Assembly (NCBI GenBank): GCA_046758365.1
Contig: JBHIAC010000001.1
Location: forward strand, 1-64,000
DNA length: 64,000 nt
Source of the DNA: a bacterium
GTDB lineage: Bacteria; Zhuqueibacterota; Zhuqueibacteria; Oceanimicrobiales; Oceanimicrobiaceae
Reading direction: 5' to 3'
The position numbers and the translations under genes are program-made. Below the pieces are notes generated by a model. It did no database searches and was not told where the DNA came from. It saw only the letters and a program-made list of their open reading frames with translations. Shown here piece after piece: positions 50,904-61,048 of this stretch; positions within the stretch are counted from its first letter, which is position 1; each line of letters starts with the position of its first letter.

Positions 50904-52364
50904 ATGGTACAAGAAAAAGAAGCGTTTCTAAATAATATTACAAAAATTATCGACGCTTTAAGCATTTTGATTGCTTTTATTTTGTCCTATTTTATTGCCT
51001 TTTATATACGACGGGATTTTATGGGTCTCAGTGGTATGGCTTACGCAATTACTCCAAATTTGCAGGGCCTTTTATTTTTTACCAAAAAAAATGCTATTAT
51101 CATCATTTCATCCATACCCATTTGGTTATTATTACTTTCATTACAAGGCGCTTATAAGATTATACGAACTAGGACTTTTGTAAAAGAATTTAAGATTATT
51201 TTTAAGTCCGGTATCTTGGCTACTATAACCCTTGGTAGCTTTATTTTTATCCTCAAGATGACATTGACGAGCCGTCTTTTCATCGGCGTATATTCAATTC
51301 TAACCGTCTGTTCAATCACAATTGCCAAAGTACTTCTAAATAAGTTTTTTGATTACATCCAAAAAAAAGGATATAATCAAATTAACTTATTGATTGTTGG
51401 TACGGGTAAACGCGCTCGTGAGTTTATCAAGGTAGTTAAGAGCCATTCCAATTGGGGTTTAAATATTGTTGGATTGATTGATGATGAGCATGGCATGTTT
51501 GGTAAAGAAATAGATGGATTTCGGGTATTAGGGCGTATTCAGGACATCCCTTTTATATTGCATAGAAAAGTAATAGATCGCGTGATTTTTGTCGTTCCAA
51601 GATTGTGGCTTAACCGAATTGATGAAGCTATCTTAGCATGTGAAAGGGAAGGTATCAGCACATCTATTTCAATGGACCTCTATAATCTAAGAATTGCAAA
51701 AGTCCGACAAACGGATTTTAGCGGCTTTCCTCTTTTGGACTTTGAAACTTTTTCTGCCGGCCAGTGGCAGCTCTTTTTTAAACGATCTATGGATATAATT
51801 TTATCACTTTTATTACTCATCTTATTTTCTCCAATTATTCTGATTACGGCTCTTGCAATTAAAATTACATCCAAAGGGCCTATACTATTTACCCAAGTTA
51901 GGTCTGGTCTGAACGGTAGAAAGTTCAAGCTATACAAATTTCGGACGATGTTTGTTGGGGCTGAAATGAAAAAGCGAGAGTTGGAAAAAATGAATGAGAT
52001 GGATGGCCCGGTATTTAAAATAAAAAAAGATCCTAGAATCACGAAGGCAGGTAGAATTCTGAGAAAGTTAAGTATCGATGAAATACCCCAATTAATTAAT
52101 GTTCTGAAGGGCGACATGAGTATCGTCGGACCCCGGCCCCCTATACCAGTGGAAGTGGAATTATATAAAATGTGGCAGAGAAGGAGGTTAAGCCTAAAAC
52201 CAGGAATTACTTGTATCTGGCAAGTGAGTGGTAGAAATAAAATTCAATTTGAAAAATGGATGGAAATGGATCTGGAATATATTGACCGATGGTCACTCTG
52301 GTTGGATTTAAAGATTTTATTTAAAACGGCTTTTGTCGTTTTATTTGGCTACGGTGCAAGTTAA
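50904..52364 (+). CDS. Priming polyprenyl glycosylphosphotransferase (WcaJ/CpsE-like)
   Basis: KFRTM, DPRIT, SIDEIPQL.NVL.GDMS.VGPRP, KPGITCIWQV. Confidence 0.93.
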   Translation: MVQEKEAFLNNITKIIDALSILIAFILSYFIAFYIRRDFMGLSGMAYAITPNLQGLLFFTKKNAIIIISSIPIWLLLLSLQGAYKIIRTRTFVKEFKIIFKSGILATITLGSFIFILKMTLTSRLFIGVYSILTVCSITIAKVLLNKFFDYIQKKGYNQINLLIVGTGKRAREFIKVVKSHSNWGLNIVGLIDDEHGMFGKEIDGFRVLGRIQDIPFILHRKVIDRVIFVVPRLWLNRIDEAILACEREGISTSISMDLYNLRIAKVRQTDFSGFPLLDFETFSAGQWQLFFKRSMDIILSLLLLILFSPIILITALAIKITSKGPILFTQVRSGLNGRKFKLYKFRTMFVGAEMKKRELEKMNEMDGPVFKIKKDPRITKAGRILRKLSIDEIPQLINVLKGDMSIVGPRPPIPVEVELYKMWQRRRLSLKPGITCIWQVSGRNKIQFEKWMEMDLEYIDRWSLWLDLKILFKTAFVVLFGYGAS

Positions 52365-52404
52365 AATAATTCATCAAGTTTTATAAAATTCATGGAGGAC
52401 AACT

Positions 52405-53709
52405 ATGCACATCAGCGTCTTTGGCACAGGATATGTTGGCTTGGTAACAGGTACGTGTTTTGCCGAATTTGGTAACGATGTCATTTGTGTGGATATTGAC
52501 GAGGATAAAATTAACAACTTGAATAAAGGTACTCTTCCGATTTATGAGCCAGGTTTAGATGTACTTGTGTCAAAAAACACAAAAGAAGGTAGACTTACGT
52601 TTACCACAAATGTGAAGCTTGCAGTAGAAAATTCATTGGTAATATTTATCGCCGTTGGTACCCCACCCAAGGATGACGGGTCCGCAGATTTGAGATTTGT
52701 GGAGACTGTTGCGAAAGATATTGCTAAATATATGAATGGTTATAAGGTTATCGTTAATAAAAGTACTGTGCCCGTTGGTTCAGGAAAATGGATTCAAAAT
52801 ATTATTGGAGAAAACGTATCTCCAAAATACAATTGCAGTGCAGTGTCAAACCCAGAGTTTTTGAGGGAAGGTTCGGCTATTGAGGACTTTATGCGCCCGG
52901 ATCGAGTGGTGATTGGGGCGGAATCCAGCGAAGCTATCGCAATAATGAAGGATCTTTATTCACCGCTTTATTTAATTGAGACCCCATTTGTTATTACTAA
53001 TTTAGAAACCGCTGAACTGATAAAGTACGCTTCTAATGCATTTTTAGCTACTAAAGTTTCTTTTATTAATGAGATGGCTAATTTTTGCGACATCATTGGA
53101 GCCGATGTGCATCATGTTGCCCTTGGCATGGGCCTAGATAATCGTATCGGTAAGAAGTTTCTACATCCAGGGCCTGGCTATGGCGGCTCATGCTTTCCGA
53201 AAGATACTAATGCTTTACTCCAATTAGGCCAGAAATATGATTACAATTTTAGAATTGTAAGATCCGTTGTGCAGGTAAATGAACTGCAAAGTAATCTTAT
53301 GATTAAAAAAATTAAAAATGCTACGGGAGGCGTGAAAGATAAAACTTTTGGAATATTGGGATTATCTTTCAAACCTAATACAGACGATATGCGAGATGCG
53401 CCTTCTGTTAGAATTATACAGGGGCTTCTAAAAGAGGGTGCTATTATTAAGGCCTTTGACCCAGTGGCCGTGGAAGAAGCCAAAAAATTGCTGCCGAATT
53501 TAATCTATTGTCGTGACACTTATGAGGTAGCCAAAGATTGTGATGTTTTAATATTTATTACTGAATGGAATCAATTTAGAAGTTTGAATTTAGACAAAAT
53601 AAAGAATCTTATGAAATCTCCAAACATTATAGATTTAAGGAATATTTACGAGCCTGAAAAAATGAAAGAAAAAGGTTTCAATTATACTTGTGTGGGACGT
53701 CCAAAGTAA
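52405..53709 (+). CDS. ugd: UDP-glucose 6-dehydrogenase
   Basis: GTGYVG, KSTVP, NPEFLREG, GGSCFPKD. Confidence 0.95.
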   Translation: MHISVFGTGYVGLVTGTCFAEFGNDVICVDIDEDKINNLNKGTLPIYEPGLDVLVSKNTKEGRLTFTTNVKLAVENSLVIFIAVGTPPKDDGSADLRFVETVAKDIAKYMNGYKVIVNKSTVPVGSGKWIQNIIGENVSPKYNCSAVSNPEFLREGSAIEDFMRPDRVVIGAESSEAIAIMKDLYSPLYLIETPFVITNLETAELIKYASNAFLATKVSFINEMANFCDIIGADVHHVALGMGLDNRIGKKFLHPGPGYGGSCFPKDTNALLQLGQKYDYNFRIVRSVVQVNELQSNLMIKKIKNATGGVKDKTFGILGLSFKPNTDDMRDAPSVRIIQGLLKEGAIIKAFDPVAVEEAKKLLPNLIYCRDTYEVAKDCDVLIFITEWNQFRSLNLDKIKNLMKSPNIIDLRNIYEPEKMKEKGFNYTCVGRPK

Positions 53710-53913
53710 AAAATAGCATTAATTTATTGTATATAACTATTTAAATTTAAATAACATAAATAATTTCAAGAATGTATTAGAGGTTCTTTTAAATTTCTTG
53801 AGTTCCATTCCAAAAGAGATGGTTTGGTGATAGTTGATATCTTTAGGTTTTGACTCAAGCCAAAAGATTTTCATGGAAAGCTTTAATAATCACCGGCTAT
53901 CTCTTTTTTATTT

Positions 53914-53948
53914 TGTGTCAGTTCAGTACATCGTTTCAAAATGGCACA
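53914..53948 (+). promoter_or_regulatory. Tandem TGT-N11-ACA enhancer sites (EPS operon 2)
   Basis: TGTGTCAGTTCAGTACA and CGTTTCAAAATGGCACA separated by 1 bp. Confidence 0.7.
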
Positions 53949-54045
53949 AGGAATTGCTGTAACTTCACTATTTATCTTAAAGTTATGACTTAATAAGCAT
54001 ATATAAAATTGGGAGTTGATTGGCTATATATCCATCAGGATTCAA

Positions 54046-54061
54046 TGGCACCATAATTGCT
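54046..54061 (+). promoter_or_regulatory. Sigma-54 (-24/-12) promoter
   Basis: TGGCACCATAATTGCT, near-consensus GG-N10-GC. Confidence 0.85.
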
Positions 54062-54247
54062 AAAGTTAATAGACTTGAGGCCGATTTATATCATAGCTTT
54101 AACAATGTGTTAAGATATTGAATGAATTAGACTAACCTTATTAAGCTCGCATCATTTTTGTAGCTTTCAAAACATGTAAATTGATTAAATATTTATTTTT
54201 ATCTGAGTTCATGTTTAAATTGTTTATGTTATAGGAAAATCAAGCAA

Positions 54248-55441
54248 ATGAAAACTTTAATGATTGCTCCTCAACCGTTCTTTCAGCCAAGGGGAACCCC
54301 GTTTAGTGTGCTTCATCGGCTAAAGGCATTAACCCAATTAGGTTACAAAATTGATTTGTTAACCTATCATTTGGGAGCAGACGTTGAGATTGATGGAGTG
54401 TCTATATACAGAATTCCCAGAATACCGTTTATAAAAAAGATAGCCATCGGTCCTTCAAAAAACAAAGTTATTTTAGATGTTTATCTCATCCTAAAAGCTA
54501 TAACAATGCTACGTAATGGTAATTATGATTTAATTCATTCACATGAGGAGGCTGGGATTTTTGCTACCTATTTGGCAAAAATATTTGGTACTTTACATCT
54601 GTATGACATGCATTCCAGCTTGCCCCAGCAGTTATCAAATTTTAAATTTACCAGATCCAAATTATTGATAAGTTGGTTTGAGAAATTAGAAAACTATACT
54701 ATTAAAAATGCTGCGGCGGTTATTACGATTTGTCCAGAAATGTTTAATTATGTTAAACGTATGTTTCCAAACCAATATAATACTCTGATAGAAAATGTAG
54801 CTGACAACAGTTTAGTTTTTCAAACTCAACCCAATTCGATTCACATAAAGGAAAAAGAAAAAACCAATGGAGAATTAATTGTTTTGTACACTGGCACTTT
54901 TGAGCCTTATCAAGGCATTGATTTATTAATTGAATCAAGTACAAGAGTGATTCAACAAGTAGATAACGTAAAATATGTTTTAGTAGGAGGGATACCTACA
55001 CAAGTTGAAACCTACAAAAATAAAGTTAAAGCTTTAAATCTGGATAAGTATTTCGTTTTTACAGGTTCCATTTCTCCTGAAGAGGTACCCCAATATATTG
55101 AAGATTCGGATATTTTAGTTTCCCCAAGAACGGATGGCAATAACACTCCATTGAAAATTTATTCGTACTTACGATCAGGAAAGCCCATTGTTGCCACAAA
55201 ACATATTACCCACACGCAGGTTTTAAATTCAGAAGTGTCGATTCTTACTGATTGTACTCCGGAGGCGTTTGGGGAAGGTGTAATATCGGTACTTAAAAAT
55301 GCCGATCTGCGAAAAAAATTGGGTAATAAAGCAAAAAAGTTAGCCGAGGAAAAATACAGCTACCAATCCTTTTTAAATAAGACGAAAGAAGTATACGATT
55401 ATTTAGAGAAGCAATTAGAAATTAGGAGGAGAGTCCATTAA
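54248..55441 (+). CDS. Glycosyltransferase family 4
   Basis: GT-B fold, LYTGTF..YQG, PLKIYSY..SGKPIVAT. Confidence 0.88.
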   Translation: MKTLMIAPQPFFQPRGTPFSVLHRLKALTQLGYKIDLLTYHLGADVEIDGVSIYRIPRIPFIKKIAIGPSKNKVILDVYLILKAITMLRNGNYDLIHSHEEAGIFATYLAKIFGTLHLYDMHSSLPQQLSNFKFTRSKLLISWFEKLENYTIKNAAAVITICPEMFNYVKRMFPNQYNTLIENVADNSLVFQTQPNSIHIKEKEKTNGELIVLYTGTFEPYQGIDLLIESSTRVIQQVDNVKYVLVGGIPTQVETYKNKVKALNLDKYFVFTGSISPEEVPQYIEDSDILVSPRTDGNNTPLKIYSYLRSGKPIVATKHITHTQVLNSEVSILTDCTPEAFGEGVISVLKNADLRKKLGNKAKKLAEEKYSYQSFLNKTKEVYDYLEKQLEIRRRVH

Positions 55442-57378
55442 TGTGTGGCATCTGTGGAATAACTTATTTTGATAGAGAAAGAAAACTCTCCGAACAAGAT
55501 ATTCAGCGCATGTGTGATGCCATGTACCATCGTGGGCCTGATGATGCCGGTTGGTATGTTAAGGGCAATTTGGGAATTGGCATGCGACGGTTAAGCATTA
55601 TTGATTTGGTGACTGGACATCAGCCAATTTCCAACGAAGATGGCACTATTTGGATTGTTTTTAATGGAGAAATATATAACCATTTAGAGTTGCGGCAAGA
55701 ACTCAAAAAGAAAGGGCATAAATTCCAAACGCGGGCTGATACCGAAGCCATTGTCCATGCTTATGAAGAATATGGAGAAGATTGTCCTAAAAAGCTAAAT
55801 GGTATGTTTGGATTTGCCATTTGGGATCAAAGGAACCAAACCCTGTTTTTAGCACGAGACCGTTTGGGAATTAAGCCGCTTTATTATTACCACGATTCCA
55901 AAATGTTTGTATTTGCATCTGAATTGAAATCTATCTTACAAATTCAAGATATTCCTAGAAAAGTGGATTTGCGTGCATTGGATATTTACTTAACTTTTGA
56001 GTATATACCATCGCCTTTTAGTATTTTTAAAGACATAGCAAAATTACCACCCGGCCATACTTTAACTTTAAGAAACGGTAAATTTTCCGTCAAAGAATAC
56101 TGGGATGTACATTTTGACGAAAACAAGGTGAGTGAACAAGAGCTTTGTGAGCAATTAATTGAGCTACTTCAAGATGCCGTTAAAATACGTTTGATGAGCG
56201 ATGTACCTCTTGGAGCGTTTTTGAGTGGCGGCATTGATTCAAGTTCTGTGGTAGCCTTAATGAGCCGAGTGATGGATAGACCTGTTAAGACGTTTTCTAT
56301 CAGTTTTGAAGAAGCAAGTTATAATGAGACTCATTTTGCTCAGAACATTGCAAAGCATTTTAATACAGAACACCATGAGTTTAAGATTAAGCCCAATGCC
56401 CTGGATCTAACAGAAAAATTAATTAGACATCTGGATGAACCTTTTGGAGATTTTTCAATTTTCCCGACCTATTTGGTCTCAAAAATGGCTCGTGAATATG
56501 TAACAGTATCATTATCAGGCGACGGAGGGGATGAACTATTTGCGGGCTATGATACCTATATTGCTAACAAACTTGCGTGTATTTATAAACCGTTGCCTAA
56601 GTTTGTTCGAGAGAACCTAATAAATCCTATCCTAAATGGAATTCCTCCCACGGATAAGAAAAAAGGTTTGATTAATCGGGCCAAACGATTTATTGAAGGA
56701 TTACGCCTACCAGAAGAATTGGAACATACCAGGTGGATGATTTTTCTTCAAGAAGCAGAGAAATCCCAGCTTTATTCACAGGAGATTCAAGATAGCCTTA
56801 ATGGTGTAATTCCCTATGATTTCATTTGTGACTATTTTGGGAAGGCTAAGACCTCTGATGATGTAAACCGACAACTTTATGTAGATATCAAAACATATTT
56901 GGCCGATGATATTTTGGTTAAAGTGGATCGCATGAGCATGGCAGTCTCTTTAGAAGCAAGAGTTCCTTTTCTAGATCATAGATTTGTTGAATTTACAGCT
57001 ACGATCCCGAGTCGCTTAAAACTGAAAGGAACCAACACTAAATTAATTTTAAAGAAAGCCATGCGGGATATATTGCCTCCAAAAATTCTTAAACGCGGGA
57101 AAGAGGGTTTTAGTATTCCTATCAAAAATTGGTTAAAAAACGAACTTAGACCCCTAATGTTGGACATGCTTGATCATCAAAGAATCAAGAGGGAAGGATT
57201 TTTTGATTCTGCTTATGTGCAACAACTTACCCATGAGCATTTAAATGGCATCGAAAATCACAGTCATCGTCTTTGGGCTATGATGGTATTTGAAATTTGG
57301 CAGGATCTGTATTTGCGGAGTGAACGAGTAACCTATGAAAAAAAGAATCAAACATCTAACCAACTTATTGAGATTTAA
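55441..57378 (+). CDS. asnB: Asparagine synthase-type glutamine amidotransferase
   Basis: MCGICG, HRGPD, RRLSIID, LSGGIDSS, SGDGGDELF. Confidence 0.93.
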   Translation: MCGICGITYFDRERKLSEQDIQRMCDAMYHRGPDDAGWYVKGNLGIGMRRLSIIDLVTGHQPISNEDGTIWIVFNGEIYNHLELRQELKKKGHKFQTRADTEAIVHAYEEYGEDCPKKLNGMFGFAIWDQRNQTLFLARDRLGIKPLYYYHDSKMFVFASELKSILQIQDIPRKVDLRALDIYLTFEYIPSPFSIFKDIAKLPPGHTLTLRNGKFSVKEYWDVHFDENKVSEQELCEQLIELLQDAVKIRLMSDVPLGAFLSGGIDSSSVVALMSRVMDRPVKTFSISFEEASYNETHFAQNIAKHFNTEHHEFKIKPNALDLTEKLIRHLDEPFGDFSIFPTYLVSKMAREYVTVSLSGDGGDELFAGYDTYIANKLACIYKPLPKFVRENLINPILNGIPPTDKKKGLINRAKRFIEGLRLPEELEHTRWMIFLQEAEKSQLYSQEIQDSLNGVIPYDFICDYFGKAKTSDDVNRQLYVDIKTYLADDILVKVDRMSMAVSLEARVPFLDHRFVEFTATIPSRLKLKGTNTKLILKKAMRDILPPKILKRGKEGFSIPIKNWLKNELRPLMLDMLDHQRIKREGFFDSAYVQQLTHEHLNGIENHSHRLWAMMVFEIWQDLYLRSERVTYEKKNQTSNQLIEI

Positions 57379-58414
57379 TCGAGGCGTGGAGATTCCAGTA
57401 ATCGGCCCGCTCAAAGCGGAGTGGGAAGTTATTAACACCTGTAATGCAAAATGTACGACCTGTCTCCATTGGAAAAATAAACCTGATTCATCGATTTTAT
57501 CAACATCTGAAGGTAAAAATCTCATAAAGCAACTTGCTGAGTCTGGACTGCTAAAATTATGTATTACCGGCGGTGAGCCACTGTTACGAAAGGATCTAAA
57601 TGAGCTTATCTATTTTGCCAATGGGCAAGGCTTATCTATCTCCTTAATAAGTAATGGACTACTGATTACTGAACGACGTGCCAGGGAATTGGTTGATGTT
57701 AATCTAGATACCATTTTCATTTCAATAGACGCAGCCCAAGCCAATTTAAATGATAAAATAAGAGGGCTGAATGGTTATTTTGATTTGGCTATGGCGGCCA
57801 TTGATAATTTAAAATCTATGCGGCGAAATGCATGGCCAAATATTTTTATTAAAGCAACCATCACAAAATTAAATGTCAATCAATTAGTCTCTCTTGCAAA
57901 ATTAGCGGTATCAAAGGGTATCGATGGACTCAGTTTTCAACTGGCTCAAATTTTGGAAAATGAAAACTTTATTTTTAACAAATCCTTACTGCTGGATGCC
58001 AAAAATCAAGAAAAATTGATAGAAGAACTCGATAAAGTAATTAATAAATACGGGAAAATATTAACGGGTTCATTAGAATACTATCACGCAATGCGAAAAT
58101 TTTTTGAAAAACCTGATTATTTTAAACAATATCGTAGTGTGTCTGGTTTTTCATACGTTGTAATCGATTCTTGGGGTAAAATTTTTACTAACCCGGCAAA
58201 AATTAATAAAATCGGCGATATTCGGGAAGACTCTTTTAAAAATATCTGGTATGGCAAAACAGCAAATGAACTCCGAAGAAGGAAAGAAGTGCAGGTTGAA
58301 ACAAGTTATCTTTTTGATTCCATTGGGAGTATGAGCGTAAATTTTTCTGATTTAAATCTAAAGCGTTTCTTTAAACTGCTTCGTCCCATTTTCCACGGAG
58401 CTGAATTTATCTAA
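57335..58414 (+). CDS. Radical SAM protein with degenerate SPASM/twitch region
   Basis: CNAKCTTC, TGGEPL, SNG, ISID. Confidence 0.9.
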   Translation: MKKRIKHLTNLLRFNRGVEIPVIGPLKAEWEVINTCNAKCTTCLHWKNKPDSSILSTSEGKNLIKQLAESGLLKLCITGGEPLLRKDLNELIYFANGQGLSISLISNGLLITERRARELVDVNLDTIFISIDAAQANLNDKIRGLNGYFDLAMAAIDNLKSMRRNAWPNIFIKATITKLNVNQLVSLAKLAVSKGIDGLSFQLAQILENENFIFNKSLLLDAKNQEKLIEELDKVINKYGKILTGSLEYYHAMRKFFEKPDYFKQYRSVSGFSYVVIDSWGKIFTNPAKINKIGDIREDSFKNIWYGKTANELRRRKEVQVETSYLFDSIGSMSVNFSDLNLKRFFKLLRPIFHGAEFI

Positions 58415-58442
58415 TTTTATACGAACCAAAGGAAAATTCCTG

Positions 58443-59249
58443 ATGACCCAAACTGCAGTAGAGATTCGAGAACCAAATTTAAGATTAACAGACCCATTGA
58501 TGGAAGAAATTCGAAAATATTGGAACGATCATATTCATGATTTGGAGTTGGCGAAGCACCCTGTTGGCACGAAAGGTTTTTTTGACGATCTGGATACATA
58601 TCGATTTGACAAATTACGCTATTTACCCAGATTAGTAAATTTTAAAGGCTACAAGAGTAAAAAGTTCTTAGAAGTTGGCTGTGGAGTAGGTATCGATTTG
58701 GTAAGGTTTGCAAAAGGAGGTGCCATAGTGACTGGGGTAGATCTAGCAGACAGATCCATAGAGCTGGCCAAAAGAAATTTCCAACATCATGGAATTACAG
58801 GTCATCTAATACTGGGAAATGGAGAAGATTTAGTTATCGAAGACAATAGCTTTGATGTCGTTTATGCTCATGGAGTCATACAATACACCGCAAATGACCA
58901 GGCTATGGTAGATGAATTATATCGCGTTGTTAAACCTGGCGGGGAAGTCATTATGATGGTTTACAACCGTCTGTCCTGGCTTAATTTTTTATCGGTTACC
59001 TTAGGGGTGGCCTTGGAACATGAGGACGCCCCCGTTTTAAAAAAATATTCCATTAAAGAGTTTAAAGAACTTTTGAAAAAATTTCCAAAAGTAAAGATCA
59101 TACCTGAGAGATTTCCAGTAAAGTCCCGATTACAAAAAGGGGTAAAGGCCATGTTTTTCAATGGGGTTTTTGTACCCATATTTAATTTGATTCCTAGATT
59201 CATTACTCGCCGCAGTGGCTGGCACCTTTTGGCCTTTGCTTATAAATAA
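58443..59249 (+). CDS. Class I SAM-dependent methyltransferase
   Basis: LEVGCGVG, FDVVY, VKPGG. Confidence 0.92.
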   Translation: MTQTAVEIREPNLRLTDPLMEEIRKYWNDHIHDLELAKHPVGTKGFFDDLDTYRFDKLRYLPRLVNFKGYKSKKFLEVGCGVGIDLVRFAKGGAIVTGVDLADRSIELAKRNFQHHGITGHLILGNGEDLVIEDNSFDVVYAHGVIQYTANDQAMVDELYRVVKPGGEVIMMVYNRLSWLNFLSVTLGVALEHEDAPVLKKYSIKEFKELLKKFPKVKIIPERFPVKSRLQKGVKAMFFNGVFVPIFNLIPRFITRRSGWHLLAFAYK

Positions 59250-59311
59250 AAACAACTTTAAGAAATTGACGGTTTGAATAAAAATCTGAAAGTCAGAACT
59301 TCCTTTTAGTA

Positions 59312-60994
59312 ATGAAAAGAGAATTGGCTCAATTAGAGGGGAATCAATTTGATGTGCTCATTATTGGTGGCGGAATTTATGGTGTTTGCACGGCTTGGGA
59401 TGCAGCCCTAAGAGGTTTATCTGTTGCATTGGTAGAAAAGAGTGATTTCGGAGCCGCTACATCTTCCAATAGCTTAAAAATAATCCATGGTGGACTTCGC
59501 TATCTACAGCATGCTGACTTCAAACGCATGCGTGAATCCATCGTAGAACGACACGTATTGATGAGAATTGCGCCTCACCTTGTACATCCACTTCCTTGTT
59601 TAATGCCAACTTATGGTCATTTTCTTAAAGGCAAAGAAGTGATGGCCTTAGCGCTTTTTATCAATGACTTAGTTGGTTTTGATCGAAACCGTCTTTCTGA
59701 CCCACAAAAATATATACCTCGGGGTCGGGTCATTTCGAAACAGGAATGTAAAGAATTGATACCAGGGGTCGATGAAGAGGGCCTGACTGGTGGAGCCCTT
59801 TGGTATGATTGTCAAGTGTACAATTCGGAGCGAATGCTCATTTCTATACTTCGTTCCGCTGTTGAGTTTGGGGCAGTTGTGGCCAACTACGTTAAAATGA
59901 TTAAATTTATAAAAAGTGGCCATCGGATTTCAGGAATATTAGCAAAAGATGTATTAACAAACGATCAATTTGATATAAAAGCAAAATTAGTTATTAATAA
60001 CAGCGGTCCCTGGGTAAATAACATCTTAAGTCATTTGAATGGACGTGTGTCAAAGTCAAGGGTTAAACTTTCTGCTGCTATGAATTTGGTTGTAAAAAAG
60101 CAAATCATTCCCAAGTACGCCGTTGGGATTTGGAGTAAGTCCAAATTGAAAGACGAAGATGCTGTTATTAGCAAAGGCTCTCGGCTCTATTTCATAACGC
60201 CATGGCGATATTATTCTTTAATTGGCACTACCCATCTACCCTATAAAGGGAATCCGAGCCATTTTAAAGTAAGTGAAAAGGAGATTGAAAGTTTTATTGA
60301 GGAGATAAACAAGGCTTATCTTCCAGCTAAACTGAAGCGCGAAGATATTTCATATTATTATGGTGGTATGTTGCCCATAGATGGAATTAATGAACAAACA
60401 GGGGAAATAAAACTCCTTAAACATTATCAGATTATCGATCACAAAGAAGAGAATGGGGTAGATGGGTTGATTTCGGTTATCGGAGTAAAATATACGACGG
60501 CCAGAGACGTGGCTGAAAAAACCATTGATTTTGTATTAAAAAAATTCGGAAAAAAGCCATCAAAATCTTTAACTTCGACCACGCCAATTTTTGGTGGCAG
60601 AATAGAAAAATTTAAAGATTTTCTGGTTGAAGAAAAATCTAAAACCCCTAAAGGATTAAGCAAGGATATGGTTGAGCGCTTGGTGTATAATTACGGGTCA
60701 GAATATCAACGAATATTGAGATATTGTGATGAGAATCCTGAATGGGCACTACCTGTCCATGAGAAGAGTGAGGTACTAAAAGCGGAAGTGATTCACAGTA
60801 TTCGTGAAGAGATGGCGCTTAAGTTATCTGATGTTATTCGACGTCGGACGGAACTTGGTTCAGCCGGAAGCCCAGGAGATCAATGTCTAAAAACCTGTGC
60901 AATTCTAATGGCCCAAGAATTGGGTTGGGATGATTCAAGGGTTCAAATAGAGATTGAAGAAGCGAAAGCTCTTTATATCCCTGAACCTTTTTAG
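59312..60994 (+). CDS. FAD-dependent glycerol-3-phosphate dehydrogenase/oxidase family
   Basis: IIGGGIYG, TSSNSLKIIHGGLRYL, KYTTAR, RRTELG. Confidence 0.9.
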   Translation: MKRELAQLEGNQFDVLIIGGGIYGVCTAWDAALRGLSVALVEKSDFGAATSSNSLKIIHGGLRYLQHADFKRMRESIVERHVLMRIAPHLVHPLPCLMPTYGHFLKGKEVMALALFINDLVGFDRNRLSDPQKYIPRGRVISKQECKELIPGVDEEGLTGGALWYDCQVYNSERMLISILRSAVEFGAVVANYVKMIKFIKSGHRISGILAKDVLTNDQFDIKAKLVINNSGPWVNNILSHLNGRVSKSRVKLSAAMNLVVKKQIIPKYAVGIWSKSKLKDEDAVISKGSRLYFITPWRYYSLIGTTHLPYKGNPSHFKVSEKEIESFIEEINKAYLPAKLKREDISYYYGGMLPIDGINEQTGEIKLLKHYQIIDHKEENGVDGLISVIGVKYTTARDVAEKTIDFVLKKFGKKPSKSLTSTTPIFGGRIEKFKDFLVEEKSKTPKGLSKDMVERLVYNYGSEYQRILRYCDENPEWALPVHEKSEVLKAEVIHSIREEMALKLSDVIRRRTELGSAGSPGDQCLKTCAILMAQELGWDDSRVQIEIEEAKALYIPEPF

Positions 60995-61048
60995 GACTGC
61001 GTGAACTGTGGCATTTTTTAAATCAGGTTAAAATATTTAATTAAAATA

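Noticed and set aside
53942..53958. Second sigma-54 promoter TGGCACAAGGAATTGCT
   Set aside because: GG-N11-GC spacing is one base too long, and it overlaps the enhancer box.
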